A DNA stretch of 64,000 nt, taken from assembly GCA_965202585.1 (NCBI GenBank), contig OZ241826.1:87792001-87856000 (forward strand). Direction: 5' to 3'. Position numbers and translations under genes: made by a program. Positions 49,681 through 63,432 of the stretch are shown piece by piece. The stretch is from Thalia democratica (taxonomy: Eukaryota). The notes beneath the pieces were generated by a model. That model saw only the letters and a program-made list of their open reading frames with translations, searched no databases and was not told the origin of the DNA. The first letter of the stretch is position 1. Each line of letters starts with the position of its first letter.

Positions 49681-51418
49681 GTATTTATTTTAAATCGTGT
49701 GTTGATGTAGATTAAGTTTATTTTAAAAAATAATAACATTTATCATAGAGTTAACTACGTAGAAATAGTTACCAAACAAAATTTAAGTTATGATTACTTT
49801 GTAGTTCCAATAAAGCTCATTATAAAATTAATTAATTTACTTTAAGCAATACAAACAATGCAAAATAAAATTGTATTTTGATTGAAATGAAGTCAGCAAA
49901 CTAATGTGATAAACATTTTGCTTCTTTCGATCTTACAATATTTTTAATTATAAATATATTTTTACTAGAGTGCTTGAATCTTGCTCACATTTACTATTTA
50001 ATAATCTGTTTAAACTATTGTAGATTTTTTATTCAATAACAACATATAATATGTGCTTTAAATGTATAAATAGAGTTGTCTTGTCGACATATTTACTAGC
50101 TTTTTTAAAGTTTAATAGATAAAAAATAATATTTTAGATAACTGTTTGTTGCTCAAATTTTTTAGTTGTTAGTTTCGAATTAAATTATTTTTTGCACTGA
50201 TATGCGTCTTGTACAAATCTTCATCATACTTTGTTTTTGTTTTTACTTTTAACTTATATTTTTCACATTCAACTCTTTCCGAATTTAAACAGCTGATGAT
50301 TATCTGCCTGATCTAAACAAATGTATGAAGCAAAAGCTAGTATTAAAAACTGTACTAACTTATTCTATTAGTTAATTTTTGTAATAAACTAATCAACAGC
50401 TTTTTAAGTTGGCTCAGTAAAAATTGACTTCGTTAATCTAATTATGTGTTAGGCTTGTGCTTGAAAGGGTTTTTATAAAATTTGAACAAAAGAAAAATTC
50501 AAAAAAAATCTGTTTTATGTAATTTTTCAATAAAAATAATTTTAAAATTTTGTGATCAAATATTCTATGTTTTTAACTTTAGTTGTTAACTTTAAGAAAT
50601 TTTATATTTATGCATTTCTACGCTTTTGACTAAAATTAAAATCACTTCTTATTTTTTTTCTTTAATTTGTTTGTTCCTGTGTTAATGATTTAAGTATTTA
50701 GCTTTACTTAAAAGTAGCTAAAGTTCAAAACAAGAAGCTTAATTAAATATTGTTCTTTTTCTTGTTATTTTTATATAGTTTTGGAATGAACTTTTTATAA
50801 TGTTTATACGTAAACATACTTTTATTGAAAACATATTTTTATACATTTTTATGTAAAATATTTCAAACTAAAACCATTGTATTATAAGCATTATTTTCAA
50901 TTAGAAAATATCTAAAAGTTTTTTCGATTGTTGTACTCTTTTTAAAACCATATAATTTAAAAAAGTTTAAAACATGACATTAAGTAGTTTTTAGAATGAG
51001 TTTTAATTTTTATTAAAAAGTTAGTAAAAAAAATTTTCATATAAGTCAATACACATTTATTTTAAAGAAATAGTACAACAAAATGTTTTAAAATTTCAAA
51101 AAATACGCAAGAATAATTGAATATTTTTTTTTTAAGCTTTTAACAATTTTTCACTTAAAATTAAGTAGTTTCTAAACAACTTCATGGTTGCTTTTGTATT
51201 AAAGCGTTTTAATTATTTCTATTATTTCTGCTACTAAAAAAATACAAAAGCAAAAGAGAGTTTTAAAATAAAGATTAGTTACATAAAACTGTTACATCGA
51301 CGACAAGCTACAGACAATGAATGTTATATACTTTTCTCCTAAACACGTTAGCACGCACAATAGATAGATGTTTACTTAAGCGTTAGTATATAAATTGTAA
51401 AACTTGCATTCATACTTT

Positions 51419-51490
51419 TTCCAGGTGGTCTAGTGGTTAGGATTCGTAGCTCTCACCCACGCGGCCCGAGTTCGATTCCCGGTCTGGGAA
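51419..51490 (+). pseudogene. tRNA-Glu(CTC) probable pseudogene
   Basis: Paralog of 40661-40732 with an A30-C40 anticodon-stem mismatch, an A-C mismatch in the T stem and a U2 substitution. Confidence 0.7.
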
Positions 51491-53319
51491 CACTTTTGAT
51501 TAATAACATTTTTCTCAAATTTATTACCACTTTATAGTCTGTTGAACTTTTTAAAGATTTTAATGGTAAAACTTTTTAGACAATACTAATTAAAAATTTT
51601 TAATCAAAATTGTAAACTAAACTTTTGAAATTAAATTTTGTAGTTAGTGGTTTTCGAAACTTTGTTAAATTTATTCAAAGTTAAAAGAATTATAAAAGTT
51701 TTCAATTTTAATAACACTTTATGAGTTATCATAATAAATTGTTGGTTGCAATTGTTTTTATTTATATATAAACAAAAAGTGTAAGTTAAAAGGTTAAATT
51801 TTAGCCTTTATAAGTAAGTTGTTCGAAATGTTTTGATTCCATTAAAATTATAAATTACAAAACATCAATATAAAGTATTTAGGATCTACTTTAATATATT
51901 TTGAACATTTTTACACTATCAATTTAATTCCATTTTTATGACAATTAAACATATTATTTTTTTAATCAGTTTCATAATGAAAAATTTTCGTTATATACAC
52001 AAAATAAAAATATTTTAAATCGAATATAATTGTAAAAATTAAGTCTTACAAGTTATTCAAATAACTAAAGGTATATCTAAAACGGTATTAATACAAACAA
52101 TTTTTATTATAAACCGCAGACAGTGTTTTATATATTATTCAAAAATTACTGTTTTTTATTTAATTTTTTATGAAATTAAAGTTAAACCTAATTAAGTACT
52201 ATTGTACATTAGCTTTGTACCTTTGTTCTAATATTTAAATGCTTATACTGAAGTAGACTAAATAGATTATTCAAAACACGCCATTCAGAGATAATAGTTT
52301 AAGTCTGTTATTTCAGCTGTGTTCAATAGCTTTTATTAAACACTCAGTAAATGCTAATTTTTTATATGCATACTAATGTCTTTTCAACTGCCCTTTACAA
52401 GACATTAAACTGTATCCGTGGTGTATTACTCGATAAACGAAAGATTTTTCATATCCAGGTTTTTAAACCAAACGTTTTGAGCGGTTTTTTCATTTAATAT
52501 ACAATAATACTATCTTTAACTAGTTTTAATTAAAACATAATCTTAAATTTATCTTAAACTACTAATTTTTTTAATAAACCGAATTAAAATTATGAACTAT
52601 TAAAGCAGATTGCCCCACACATACTTTGGTACAGTATTCTAAGATTATTAATATACCTAACATATATTGAAACTACACTTTTTACCTTTAACAAAACAAC
52701 TAGTTTTGGGAAATATGAATAACTGACAAATTTTAATAACAATTTCATGATTAGAATAATGTTTTAAAAAATTAGTTATCTTAGAAATAGAATAGTTTTA
52801 AAATCTAACTATGTTTTCATTATTAAGAATATTACAAAACTAAATTTCTATAATATCAAAAATTTTTCAAAAATCTATAAAAATTGATGAGTTTTTTTTA
52901 ATAAAATTTAAGATTGTATTTTACCAAAGGTTGTTTTACTTTAATATTTATAAAACTTATCTACCTTTTCAGACTAAATCTTTACAAACTGTTCTTAAAA
53001 ACGGTTACAAAAAAAATAAGACAACTAATTTAACTTTATTAACTTGATATTATACTGAAATTTGATAAAGACCTAATTTTTAGTAATAAACTAAATTTAC
53101 AGTCACTTTTTTTTTTAATTTCATGTAAACACTCATGCTTGTATAAAATTTGTACGTGAAAAAGAGGACAAGTTCAAAATCAATTTTTGACTATTTTTAT
53201 TATTAATTTTTTGATAAAATTAACATATTATTAACTTGATTACTAAGAAATTAAATTGCTTTGTAAGCTATGAAAATTTTCAATAGTAATAACTTTATTA
53301 AAAACTAAAGTTAAACGGT

Positions 53320-53945
53320 AACTAAAATATGTTTTGTATGTTTTAATATTAAAAGCTTTATATTTCTAATATTTTCAAACAATTTCATTAGAATATAATT
53401 ATAAAGTATTTACATAATAAAACAAACTATTTTAAACTATTCGAGAAGTTATTCATTACACTAACTTTAATAGAAATCTCTTTCAAAATTTAGTTTTTAG
53501 TTTTTGTTCTAGTAAAAAATATAATTATAATTAATTTTATAGTTTATTTGTAGTAAAGTTTTTTTAAATTAATGACTTAAAACTAAGTTTAACTTTTACT
53601 GTTTTAAGTTAGCTGCAAAAAAAAATTATTAGTTTTATTCTTAAACAAAATTTGCATTACTTTAACAGAAAATAATATTACAGCACACTTTTAAATATAA
53701 TGATAGTCAGTAATCAAACAAATATTACAAACACAGGTAATACCTTTATATTGTGATTAGTTGTTGAAGATAAATTAAAAAAATGTCTGTGGTAAAAAAC
53801 TAAAATTAATTGGTAAGTAAAATATGTTTTTTATGTTTCAATATTAAGAGCTTTGTATTTTTTAATATTATGAAACAATTTCATTAGAATCTAATTATAA
53901 AGTATTTATATAATAAAACAAACTATTTTAAACTATTCGAGTATT
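53320..53945 (+). repeat. Direct repeat of about 130 bp (about 53320-53450 and 53815-53945)
   Basis: aaacaatttcattagaat.taattataaagtattta.ataataaaacaaactattttaaactattcgag is present twice. Confidence 0.8.
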
Positions 53946-53974
53946 TATAATCGTTTATATATTATTTTAAAAGC

Positions 53975-54432
53975 TGTAGCGAGGGAAAAGGTTTACCAGA
54001 CTGGGGTATTATTTAATTTGCAGTTCCGCTAATTGTGTTTATACTTTAACTTTGGTGAATTGTTGTATAGGCAATAATATTTCCAGGAAGAAGAGTATTG
54101 GATGATACAGGTTTGATATAAATGTAATTCGTACATGTTGTTTAGTTTGGTAAATTACGTTTAGTATATCAATAAATTAAATAAAGAAAAAATAGTTTGA
54201 TAGTATTTTTATGTTTATATGGAGTATTATATTAACGTTCATACTAGATGAAGACACAATTCATGTTATACGATTTGACTAACCTCCAACTTATGATGAA
54301 ATAATGACTTCTGATAATCAGTTGGAGTATGAAAATGAATCACAATCTTTATCGAACACAAACAAACAAGAAGTGAAGTTCAGGTCAAATACTAAACTGC
54401 CAACATATGAAGAAGCTCTTAATATGATATAG
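53975..54432 (+). pseudogene. Relic of a small single-pass membrane protein with PY motifs
   Basis: GKGLPDWGII*FAVPLIVFIL(fs)TLVNCC (TM-like followed by Cys-Cys), then ...RFD*PPTYDEIMT...KLPTYEEALNMI* (54211-54432); in-frame stops and a frameshift. Confidence 0.55.
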
Positions 54433-55312
54433 AATAAAATTCTTAAAAAGAGACCTCTCGTGCAAAAGTGACGCTCGTGCAAAATTGAGGCTCGCGCAAA
54501 AGTAACATCCATTCAACTTATTAATTGTAAAATATATTCTCAACTTGCAGACACTCTAGTTAAATAAGTAATATAAATTATTTACAACCTTATAAACCTA
54601 CTTTTGTTAAACAGTAATACAAGTCCAATTAATACTTATAAAACTACTACACTAATTAGCTTAGTCAGTCTAAACATTAGCTTAAGAATTAACCTTAGAA
54701 TTATTATATAATTATGGCCGAAATAAAAACAGTTTAATTAAGATAAGCAAATAAATTCGTACAAAATGATTATATAAATGTAGTTTATTTACAAAGAAAT
54801 GAAGCGAAGAGGATTAAAAAACGTTATATTCTCAGCTTAAAAACTTAGATTAATACTAAATTTGAGTTTTTTACATCTAATCGAAAGAAACAAGGATCAA
54901 ATTAAAACATTTTAAATTAGAGCTCTAAATGAACATAGTAAAATACAAACTTTAAAATTTTTAATTTTTGCATCACATAATGCCTTATTAATATTTTAAA
55001 ATTAGCTGTTTTTTAAATAGAATAAAAAGTTATTAGCTATACTAAATAGTATTTATAGAAAAATATTACTGAAAATCCGTATTAAAATTAAAATAGCTAT
55101 AATTGTGTACATTTTTTATATTGAAAGTAAATATGAATTAATTTTACAAAATACTTATTATCCGAAAACGTATTACGAAATAGACAAAGCTAAACAGTTT
55201 AAATGAGCTTTTCAACAACATTTGGCCATTTTATTATAGCCATGATGTTTACTATACAACTATAATCATATTTGTTTAAATGTTTAGAACATCGTTTTCC
55301 TAGATTCTCATT

Positions 55313-57249
55313 TTAAAGACGAGGAACTGTGATAGCAGAAAAGCTGGTGAGATGTTTCGTTGGTTCGCTAGGTTTTTCACACCACTCACCCTTTACTGTA
55401 TCGAAGCAAAACATACTCGATGAACCTTTAAAATAAGTATAAAGTTTGCGTCCAACACTAAAGACTGCAAATGGTCTATTTGAAGTACTGTCGTACAGGC
55501 TGAATGATGGTTTAAGAACAGCGAATTTTTTAGAAGTAGAATCATAAACTTCATTGATATAAGTTCCTCCTGCGATGACATACAATTTATTCTTAACTAC
55601 AACTGACTCATGGAGACATCTTGAATAGTTCATAGTTGGAAATTCTGTCCAAGTGTCGTCTATTGGGTCGTAAGCTTCAACTGTATCTATTGTTTGATAG
55701 TTGTCTTCATCGTAATAATTGACAAAGTTAACAAACTCAAGGCCTGTATAGTGCTTGCCACCAGATACGATGATTTTCTCTTCAAAAACGCATGCAGCAG
55801 GATTTTCTCTTATTTCGATCATCTTTGATTTGTGCTTCCAAGAGCAACTGTACGTATCAAACTCTATACACAAGTCTCTTTCAGTATGACAGTCATCATA
55901 ACCTCCGAACAAATAAATTTTATCCATGAAACCGCATACCGCATAACAATAGTAGTCATAGTCATTTATATCTTCTATATTTGCTACTACTTTGCACGTT
56001 TTCGCAAGATGGCTGTACATTTCTACTTCTTTTACGATAATTCTATTCGACGAGTTACTATCTGGGACATCATTACCACCAAAAATGTAGACATTTCCTT
56101 TGAGATAAACCACTTTAGAGTTATAACGTTTTTTCACTAATGAAGAAACTATTTCTGAACTGTTAAAGTGGTCGGAATTCTTTATTCGCAGTACTTTGTT
56201 ATCAACAACTTCATCAGCTTTTTCCACACCCCCAAAATACAAAATGTCAAATGAATCGTGACCGCAGCATCTTGCTGTGAAAAACGTGCTCGGTTTATTC
56301 CTATAAAAATCAAAGTTGCCTTTCAAAATTTCATTTACGACCGCTAGGGAATCTTTGTTCTTTCTAAAACAGCTCTGTTCAGTTAAAATAGTTTTTAAGG
56401 TTTTATCTTCTAACAGTGAAAGACGTATTTCTTGTAGAAGCATTTTTGAAAACTTTCCTCTTTTTATAAAGTTGTATTTAATCCATTTATCAACAGCTTC
56501 GTAAACTTCAATCTCAGTTGTAACTAACAAACTTGATCTAGAAATAATTTCTTTAAGAAGATTTACTTCCAATTGCAAAAAGCTGTCTGTCTCTGAAATC
56601 ATCAAAAAACGACTATCTATGTATATTAAAGCGTCTTTACTCGAAGAACAAAACATCTTTAAAAGAATGAGATACATGCGAAAGTCTTCAGGACCTATTT
56701 TATCTTTGAGACATTTGACTAGTTTTTGTTCTTCATTGACGTCTAAAACTAATTTATTTAGCTGAATGGCTTGGACGATGTAAAGCTCTTGTAGTGTAAC
56801 TTTTCCTGAAAAAAATATTCAAAAAGGTTTGACATTAATTTACAAACCAGTAGTAATAAGACTAGTTTTATAGTATTGGGTAAAGAAAAATTAGTAACAT
56901 AGGTTTACCTAAACTAACATTTTAAAAAAACAAAATATTTACTTATAAACTGTAAAAATGTAGTTTATCAATTGTTTTTAAACATAACAATTTCACTTAT
57001 TCTAAACAAACTTGGATAGGAAAAGTCTTTGCTAGCTTTTGAGTATTTAATGGCATTCTCCAATGTTTTCTTCTGTTGCGCTTTTGTGATACATTTCTCA
57101 ACAAAAGTACAAACTTCAAGTTTATTAGCATTATTGCTTAGGTGTTCAGTTTTCAGAGTATCTTCTAGTTTAATTTTTTTAATACCAGCTGTTATCTTAT
57201 TTACATCTCTCAATAAGTATGATTTAAGCTTTAAACCTTTTTCACTCAT
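55313..57249 (-). CDS. KLHL-like BACK + Kelch-repeat protein; main exon 56805-55313 is intact, upstream BTB-like exon (from 57249) is doubtful
   Basis: BACK motif FLQLEVNLLKEIISRSSLLVTTEIEVYEAVDKWI and IRLSLL; Kelch GG motifs YFGG, YIFGG, YLFGG, VSGG and VIAGG with Y/W-terminal strands. The acceptor at 56806-56807 opens a 497-codon frame. The BTB-terminal INYIFT(G) near 56950 is out of frame with the ATG at 57249. Confidence 0.8.
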
Positions 57250-59526
57250 TATCCAAGTAGTGTAAAACTATTAATTAAACCTGTTTAGAATTTATATAAA
57301 AAGTAAGATAATAGTAAAGTAAACTAAAGCTTGAAGTAAGATTAAGAACAAATAGTATAACAGTATTACTTGAAATCAATCTAGTCGCTGTAGATGAAAT
57401 TTCTTTTTAAGATTAAGTAGTTAAAATAATCCTGGTAGATATTTAAAATTGACACAACACTAAAACATGCATATTAAGTCAAAGTTATTTTTAAATGGCG
57501 GCTTAAAGTTACAAAACAATACAAAACATTAAAAAGAGTTAAGGAAAAATTTAAAAAACATTAAAAGTTATTTTTAAATATCATATTAAAAGAAATGTGG
57601 GTGTCCTACATAACAAAAAAAAGTTTTCAACTACTTTTTAACAAAGTTATTAAAAGGTTTATTTCAGCTGCATATACTTCTACAACCACCTAAAGTAGTT
57701 TAGCTTTATTAAATACTAAAAAATAAATTCAAGCAAAACTGTAGTTATTGTTGATAAACTTTGCAAATATATTATCTATTTACTTACACTAGTTTTTATT
57801 TGGTAGCATTTGTAATATAACAAAGAGCTTCCGTTCTTAAATGGAGATCTCATTTATGTACATAAATGTTTTAGCTGACTGTAAGTAAAGGACCAGCAAA
57901 ACTATTATTTATTAAATTATTAAGATTGTAAGAAACCTTAAACTACTTGTATAATGAAATCGAGTCAATAAAGTTAGACTGTATTAACAATGTTTAAAGT
58001 GCGACAAAATGTAACAAACTAAACTAAAAAACTGATACAAAATAAAATACTTTGACACAATAACAAAGATTAAAATCAGTCACCATCGTTACGCTAGTAC
58101 AATGGGAATTACATAACTTTTTTCAAAGTAACAAATAGAAACAATGACTAAAAGTTAACTCATGCGTCAAAACTTAGAAGTAACCAAAGAGCGTAGCTCG
58201 AGCTCTTATGGAAATATTTGAGAAAAGAGAAAGAAGGCCACTTCCAACAATTTATCGATACATAGGCATTATAATCTGATGACCTTTATATTGAAATGTA
58301 AATTAAAACCATATTCAAAAAAATAATAAACATTGTCTCATTTGTTAAAAAAAAGGGGTTTTAAGAAATATTATTAAAAGTAATTTAATAACTATGATTA
58401 AGTATATAATGATAAAAGCTTTTTTTCTGACTCAGCAAACATTAGAGGAAACACCTGAGTGCTTCAGTAAGACTCTATTTAAGTTAGAACTCATTGGATT
58501 TTGTAAGCAGTTTGATTCTGTATTCATTAAAACTAGACAAGTTCATTAGAAAAAACAATTGCAATAAGTGCTTGAATAACACTAACTAAAACAATTAAAT
58601 TAAAATGTTAAGGGTAAAGTTACAAACTGGGAAGTTTCTTTTAATCATTGTGCCAAAAATTTAATACTGGATTATTCTTTCATAACAGAAGAATAAAAAA
58701 GAAATAGCAAAATAGCAGAATTTTTTATACTATAAATTTTACATTAAGCATAAGTCTATGTGTTAATAATACTTCAAAAAATCATTTTATAGTCTTCGAT
58801 AAAAGCTTAATACTAGTATATCAAAAATATATAAGAATTATGTACTGCTACGATTTTACTTTTTAGTTTTAAAACTTTTGGTAGTCAATTGCTGTTAAAA
58901 AAATTATTCCTTTTGAATAAATTTCTATATGCATTAATAAAAACAAAAATATCAAGAGTTTATTAGACACTAAGAAAAATAATAAATTTATTTTTGAGAT
59001 TATAACATTTTTTACTTAGGTAGTTACTTATGAAATTTTAATAAGATAAAAAAAACAAGCTTCATTAAAATATCTATATTTTTTTTAAACAAAATGCTAA
59101 CAAAAGAAATTACCAGAAAATTACTTTTATGCGTTTTAACTGATTAATTTTAATAAGTTAAAAACTATATTTACTACAACTCAAGAAGAATTGTGTATAT
59201 ACCAGACTAGTTAGGAAGAAATTAAAATGTAGTAAAAAAATCTAGTAACTTTTATCTATTTATGTAATAGTTAAGTAATGTTTATCTTTATTTGTAAAAA
59301 CAAACCGAATAAATTATGTTTATTTTTGTAAAAAAATTAGTTAGCTTGTAATTTAATTCTTCAAACTTGTCAAAAACATTCAGAAAGTACTTCAAATAAC
59401 AAAAAGCTATACATAACTCAAAAAGTTATCTTTGATAACACCAATTTTTATTTTTAAAAAGTTTCCGAACAACTAATTCACTAATTCGAACACCTAATAA
59501 CTATTTTCAGCTCATTAATAAAAATG

Positions 59527-62500
59527 TTAGTAAGTGTAGTTGGACGGATTGCCGATCCACGCCATCGAATCGGGTATTTTCACTTTCCTGCCTTCCTCCG
59601 GCTTCAAAACGGTCGGTTGGCCTCTGAAACGTAGCTGTTGAGCGGTTTTCTGATTTGCATGACTGTGTTGAACTCTGTTGGGGTTTACATGTCTTTGTGG
59701 AAGCATATTTGGATTCGGATGTCTCTGTGAAACCATATTTGGGTTTACATGTCTTTGTGAATTATAGTTGGATTTAGATGTCTCTGTAGAACCATTTTGA
59801 TTTACATGTCTTTTTGGAACCGTATTTGGGTCAGTATAACTTTGTTGAACAATGTTTGGGTTTAAATGTCTTTGTGGAACCATATTTGGGTTAATATAAC
59901 TTTGTTGAAATATATTTTGGTTTACATGTCTTTGTGGAACCATATTTTGGTATGCATAAGTTTGTAGAATAAAATTTGGGTTTGCAAAGTTTTGGGAAAC
60001 ACATTTGGGTTTGAATGTACTTTTGGAGCTACATTTTGATTCTCATACATTTGTGTATTTACATTATGATTTGAAAAGCTTTGTGGAATCGTATACGGGT
60101 CTGCATTTTTTTTGTTTAATAGTATTTTTATTTGCAAAGTTTTGTGTAGCTTTATTTGGGTTCAAATGTCTTTGTAAATCCATATCTTGATTCAAAAAGA
60201 CTGGCTGGGCAACTTTAAGATTGGAATTTACTTTCAAAGATACATTTGGTTTGACATATCTTTGTGGAGCTGCATTTTGGTTTGCAACTCTTTGTGGTGC
60301 TCCGTTAGAATTTGCATAACCAGGTTAAGCTAAGGTGGCTAAAAAGTCGGAACTTGGATAATTCTGCTGAGCTTGATGCATTAGACGAGCATGTGACACC
60401 TGGTTGATATTATATGTGCTCTGACTTGCTTGAATGTTGGAAGCTCCGTTTGCAAACTAATGATTCACAGAATTTTGTTCAGGTGAGTATTGTTGATTTT
60501 CGCTCGGACTTGCAAAGCCGAGCTGAGTAGATTTTGGTTTGCATTGCTTCGTTGAGAATTCTTGTTAGATTCTGCATAATCACGAGTCAATGTCTTTTGC
60601 TCGGGAACGCTTTTTTGAACAATTACCGGGTAAAGAGGTAAATCTTTGTTTTCGTTTTTAGTGTCTTCGTCAACATCTTCTGAATTTTCTGACCGACCTT
60701 TACTGTTTTTATGGCTTTCAGTGGCATCTTTGCTGTGATCAGTATTACTAGATTGAGATTCCTTGTGTTGTGGATACGTTGATGCAGATTCATTTTTTTC
60801 TTGAATTAAACTTTCATTGTTATTTTGACTTTCCGAAGGTTTTTCCTCACTTTCGCATGTAACTTTAAACAGATCATGCTTGTTTGACAGTTCATTGTTC
60901 TTGTGAGCTTTCGATTGATCCGCATTGTTTTCAGCCTTTCCAGGGTGATGGATGTTTGGAGCGATATTGTTTGCAGGTCGGTTACCACGGAACCTATTGA
61001 ACCTAGCCAGGCGCTTGGACTCTGCAATGCGCTTGGGCACTAAGCAGGAATATCTGAACTGCTGTACAAACAAACGCACAACCCTGTGAGCAATTCAAAC
61101 CGCCGCAGAACCCGCCGATGACCGCGTCCGACCAGAAAGAAATCTCCAGCTTGGTTTTGTAGCTCGGGACTTCTTCGGCAGGATACTTAATTCCGTCATG
61201 CCCATAATCAACCATGGAAGCAGTGCAGTAGTATTCCCCGTGGTTGTGCGCGTTGAAGTGTTTGAACGTCAACAAGCCGTCGGGATCGACTTCAACGCCC
61301 AAAAAGTCTCTTCGCTCCTGAGATTGCAGCCTCAGCATGTTATCGTTGAAGAACCAGTCGAGTGTCGGTAGGGGTTCGTACTTGGTGTCGGAAACGTACT
61401 GAAGCGTGAACTTTCCGTTTTCCTCTATGCGCCCGGGTATGTACTCTATTGTGGGCTTGGATGGTTGGTAAACGACGCTGAGCTCGTAGCCTCCGTACAG
61501 CATGGGTTTGTTGTTGGGAGTGTTGAGTACCTGGCAAGTGTAAATTCCGCCGTCCGATCTGTTTTTGCATATAAAAAACATCAAGTCTAAAACAGTAATT
61601 GAGAAGTATAAAGAATATACTTTGATAATTGTTTATACAATTTATTTTTAATTAGTTTAAAATGAAGAAAACGTTATAAGCAATAAATAAAATTTAAATA
61701 CTTTTTAGAAACAGAATTGTACTATTAACTTAAAGTAAACTAATAAAAAAACAAACCAAAAAAGTCTGATACGCGGTTGTTTGAGGATAAAACCTGTCTG
61801 AAAGACTAAAAACAACAATCAGCATTCTTTGTAAGATATTTGAAAAAAAAAAACATAGTGATAAAAATCTACTAATCGAGCCTTATAGAAAAATATAAGA
61901 AAAAGAACTCAAAGGAAAAAAAAAAGAAATTAATTTAATTAACTTTAACAAGTTTTATAATTATACACTAATACTATCAATATTGCGCAAAAACAATCAA
62001 AATTTAAGTACCCTTTTTCATTTAGCCGAAGTTTTGAAAAATAGTCTAGCCTGCCCTAGTATTTAGTATTCAGTCTAGATAACTTTTTTAAAATTAAAAT
62101 GTCTTATTTTACTCTTGCGTCAAATCTTATAAAAAAAAGAAGTTTTACATTTCAGAACTCAATTGGCATGACCATAGTATTTTGACAACTTTTGTGCCTA
62201 TCAAGTATGTTACTATCTAAAACGTGTGGCAACTATTATGATTACACATTACAATCCAGTTTAAATTTATTTTTTGCTTACACAAATATTATTTTTTGAT
62301 TCGTATGAAAAGTTCAGCTAAAATCAATAAATTAAACAAATTTCTCGTTGCTCGGGTATAAAAAAAATCTCTACGAATCTATCATACAAGCTTGACATGT
62401 GCAACAGTTTGAAAAGTTCTATTTTTTTGTTTCACCAAAATTAATCTTTAAACGAAATAGCAAAATGTTCAAAATAACAAGACCTGTGCGGATTTTTTAA

Positions 62501-63432
62501 CACCAGATCGTAAGTGCCCTTCTTCATGCACATTTCAGTCGTGTTCTTGCCTTCTCCTACTTTTCTGCACGGCCCCTCGTGGTCTATCAGCCCTCCAGCT
62601 ATGAGTTCTCCTATAGAACTCTTTTTAACATCAGATTAAAGAAACCTTTTGTTTTATAAGACAGTGGTTGAGAAGTGTTTATATTACAGTAATTTCAATG
62701 CACTATTCTTATTATATTATTCGTAGTTGATGAAAATATATATTATACAGACAATAAGGAACTTGAAGTTTTCAGTCAGAAGTATTTTCATGCTTGAGAA
62801 ATATCATAAAACACCTTGTACAAAATTTTAGCTTCCATAAATAAAATTTTACATAAGCTGTTTAAAAAAAATATAATATTAATGTAAACTGTATTTAAGA
62901 AAATCTTTTGTATGTGACAATTTACACAAAAGTATACAGTTTGAAGTTTAGAACGGTTATAAAAAACCTTCATGGGGTAACTCTTGATTTTATTCAAATT
63001 TTCTATATTATTTTCAAAAATTAAGTTTTTATTTAAAAAAATCAAGGATTGTCTCAATGTAAGTTTATTTATTTAGTTGTTTACTAACAAACTTAAAAAT
63101 ACATGCTAAAACAACACTTTATTGAAGATAAAGTAAATCAAAGTTGTAGCTAAAACACCAAGACAATTTTAAAAGTGTGTTTTAAACAAAAAGATTACTT
63201 TTAAGCAAAAACCAATACAAAAGTAATGTAATATATACCAGTTGACGAGAGTTTTGCTTTTAATGGCATCACTTTGATACACTAAACACTGCAACGTGGT
63301 CTCATCTCCCTCCAACACACTATGAGGTGTTCTTCTCTCCAGTTTACCATCTTTGCTGTACAAAACCCACCAATCGCTTTTGCCGCAACACGCCAGCAAA
63401 AGCAGAATGAAAATTTTAAAGGTTTTTGACAT
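59527..63432 (-). pseudogene. Disabled inverted paralog of the two-Ig receptor (exons 63432-63239, 62645-62484, 61558-59527)
   Basis: Same exon sizes (194, 162) and splice sites as the + copy. Nonsense TAA at 62636-62638 (CAA in the paralog), 1-bp deletions near 61092 (inside the TM) and 60527, and further lesions. The C-terminal WIGNPSNYTY* is retained. Confidence 0.92.

Noticed and set aside
55393-56504. ORFs 55393-55581(-), 55832-56140(+), 56316-56504(+)
   Set aside because: Alternate or antisense frames of the Kelch exon.
59922-61584. Several separate ORFs (59922-60137, 60465-61079, 60806-61027, 61003-61584, 61340-61570)
   Set aside because: Frameshifted pieces or shadow frames of the single Ig pseudogene.
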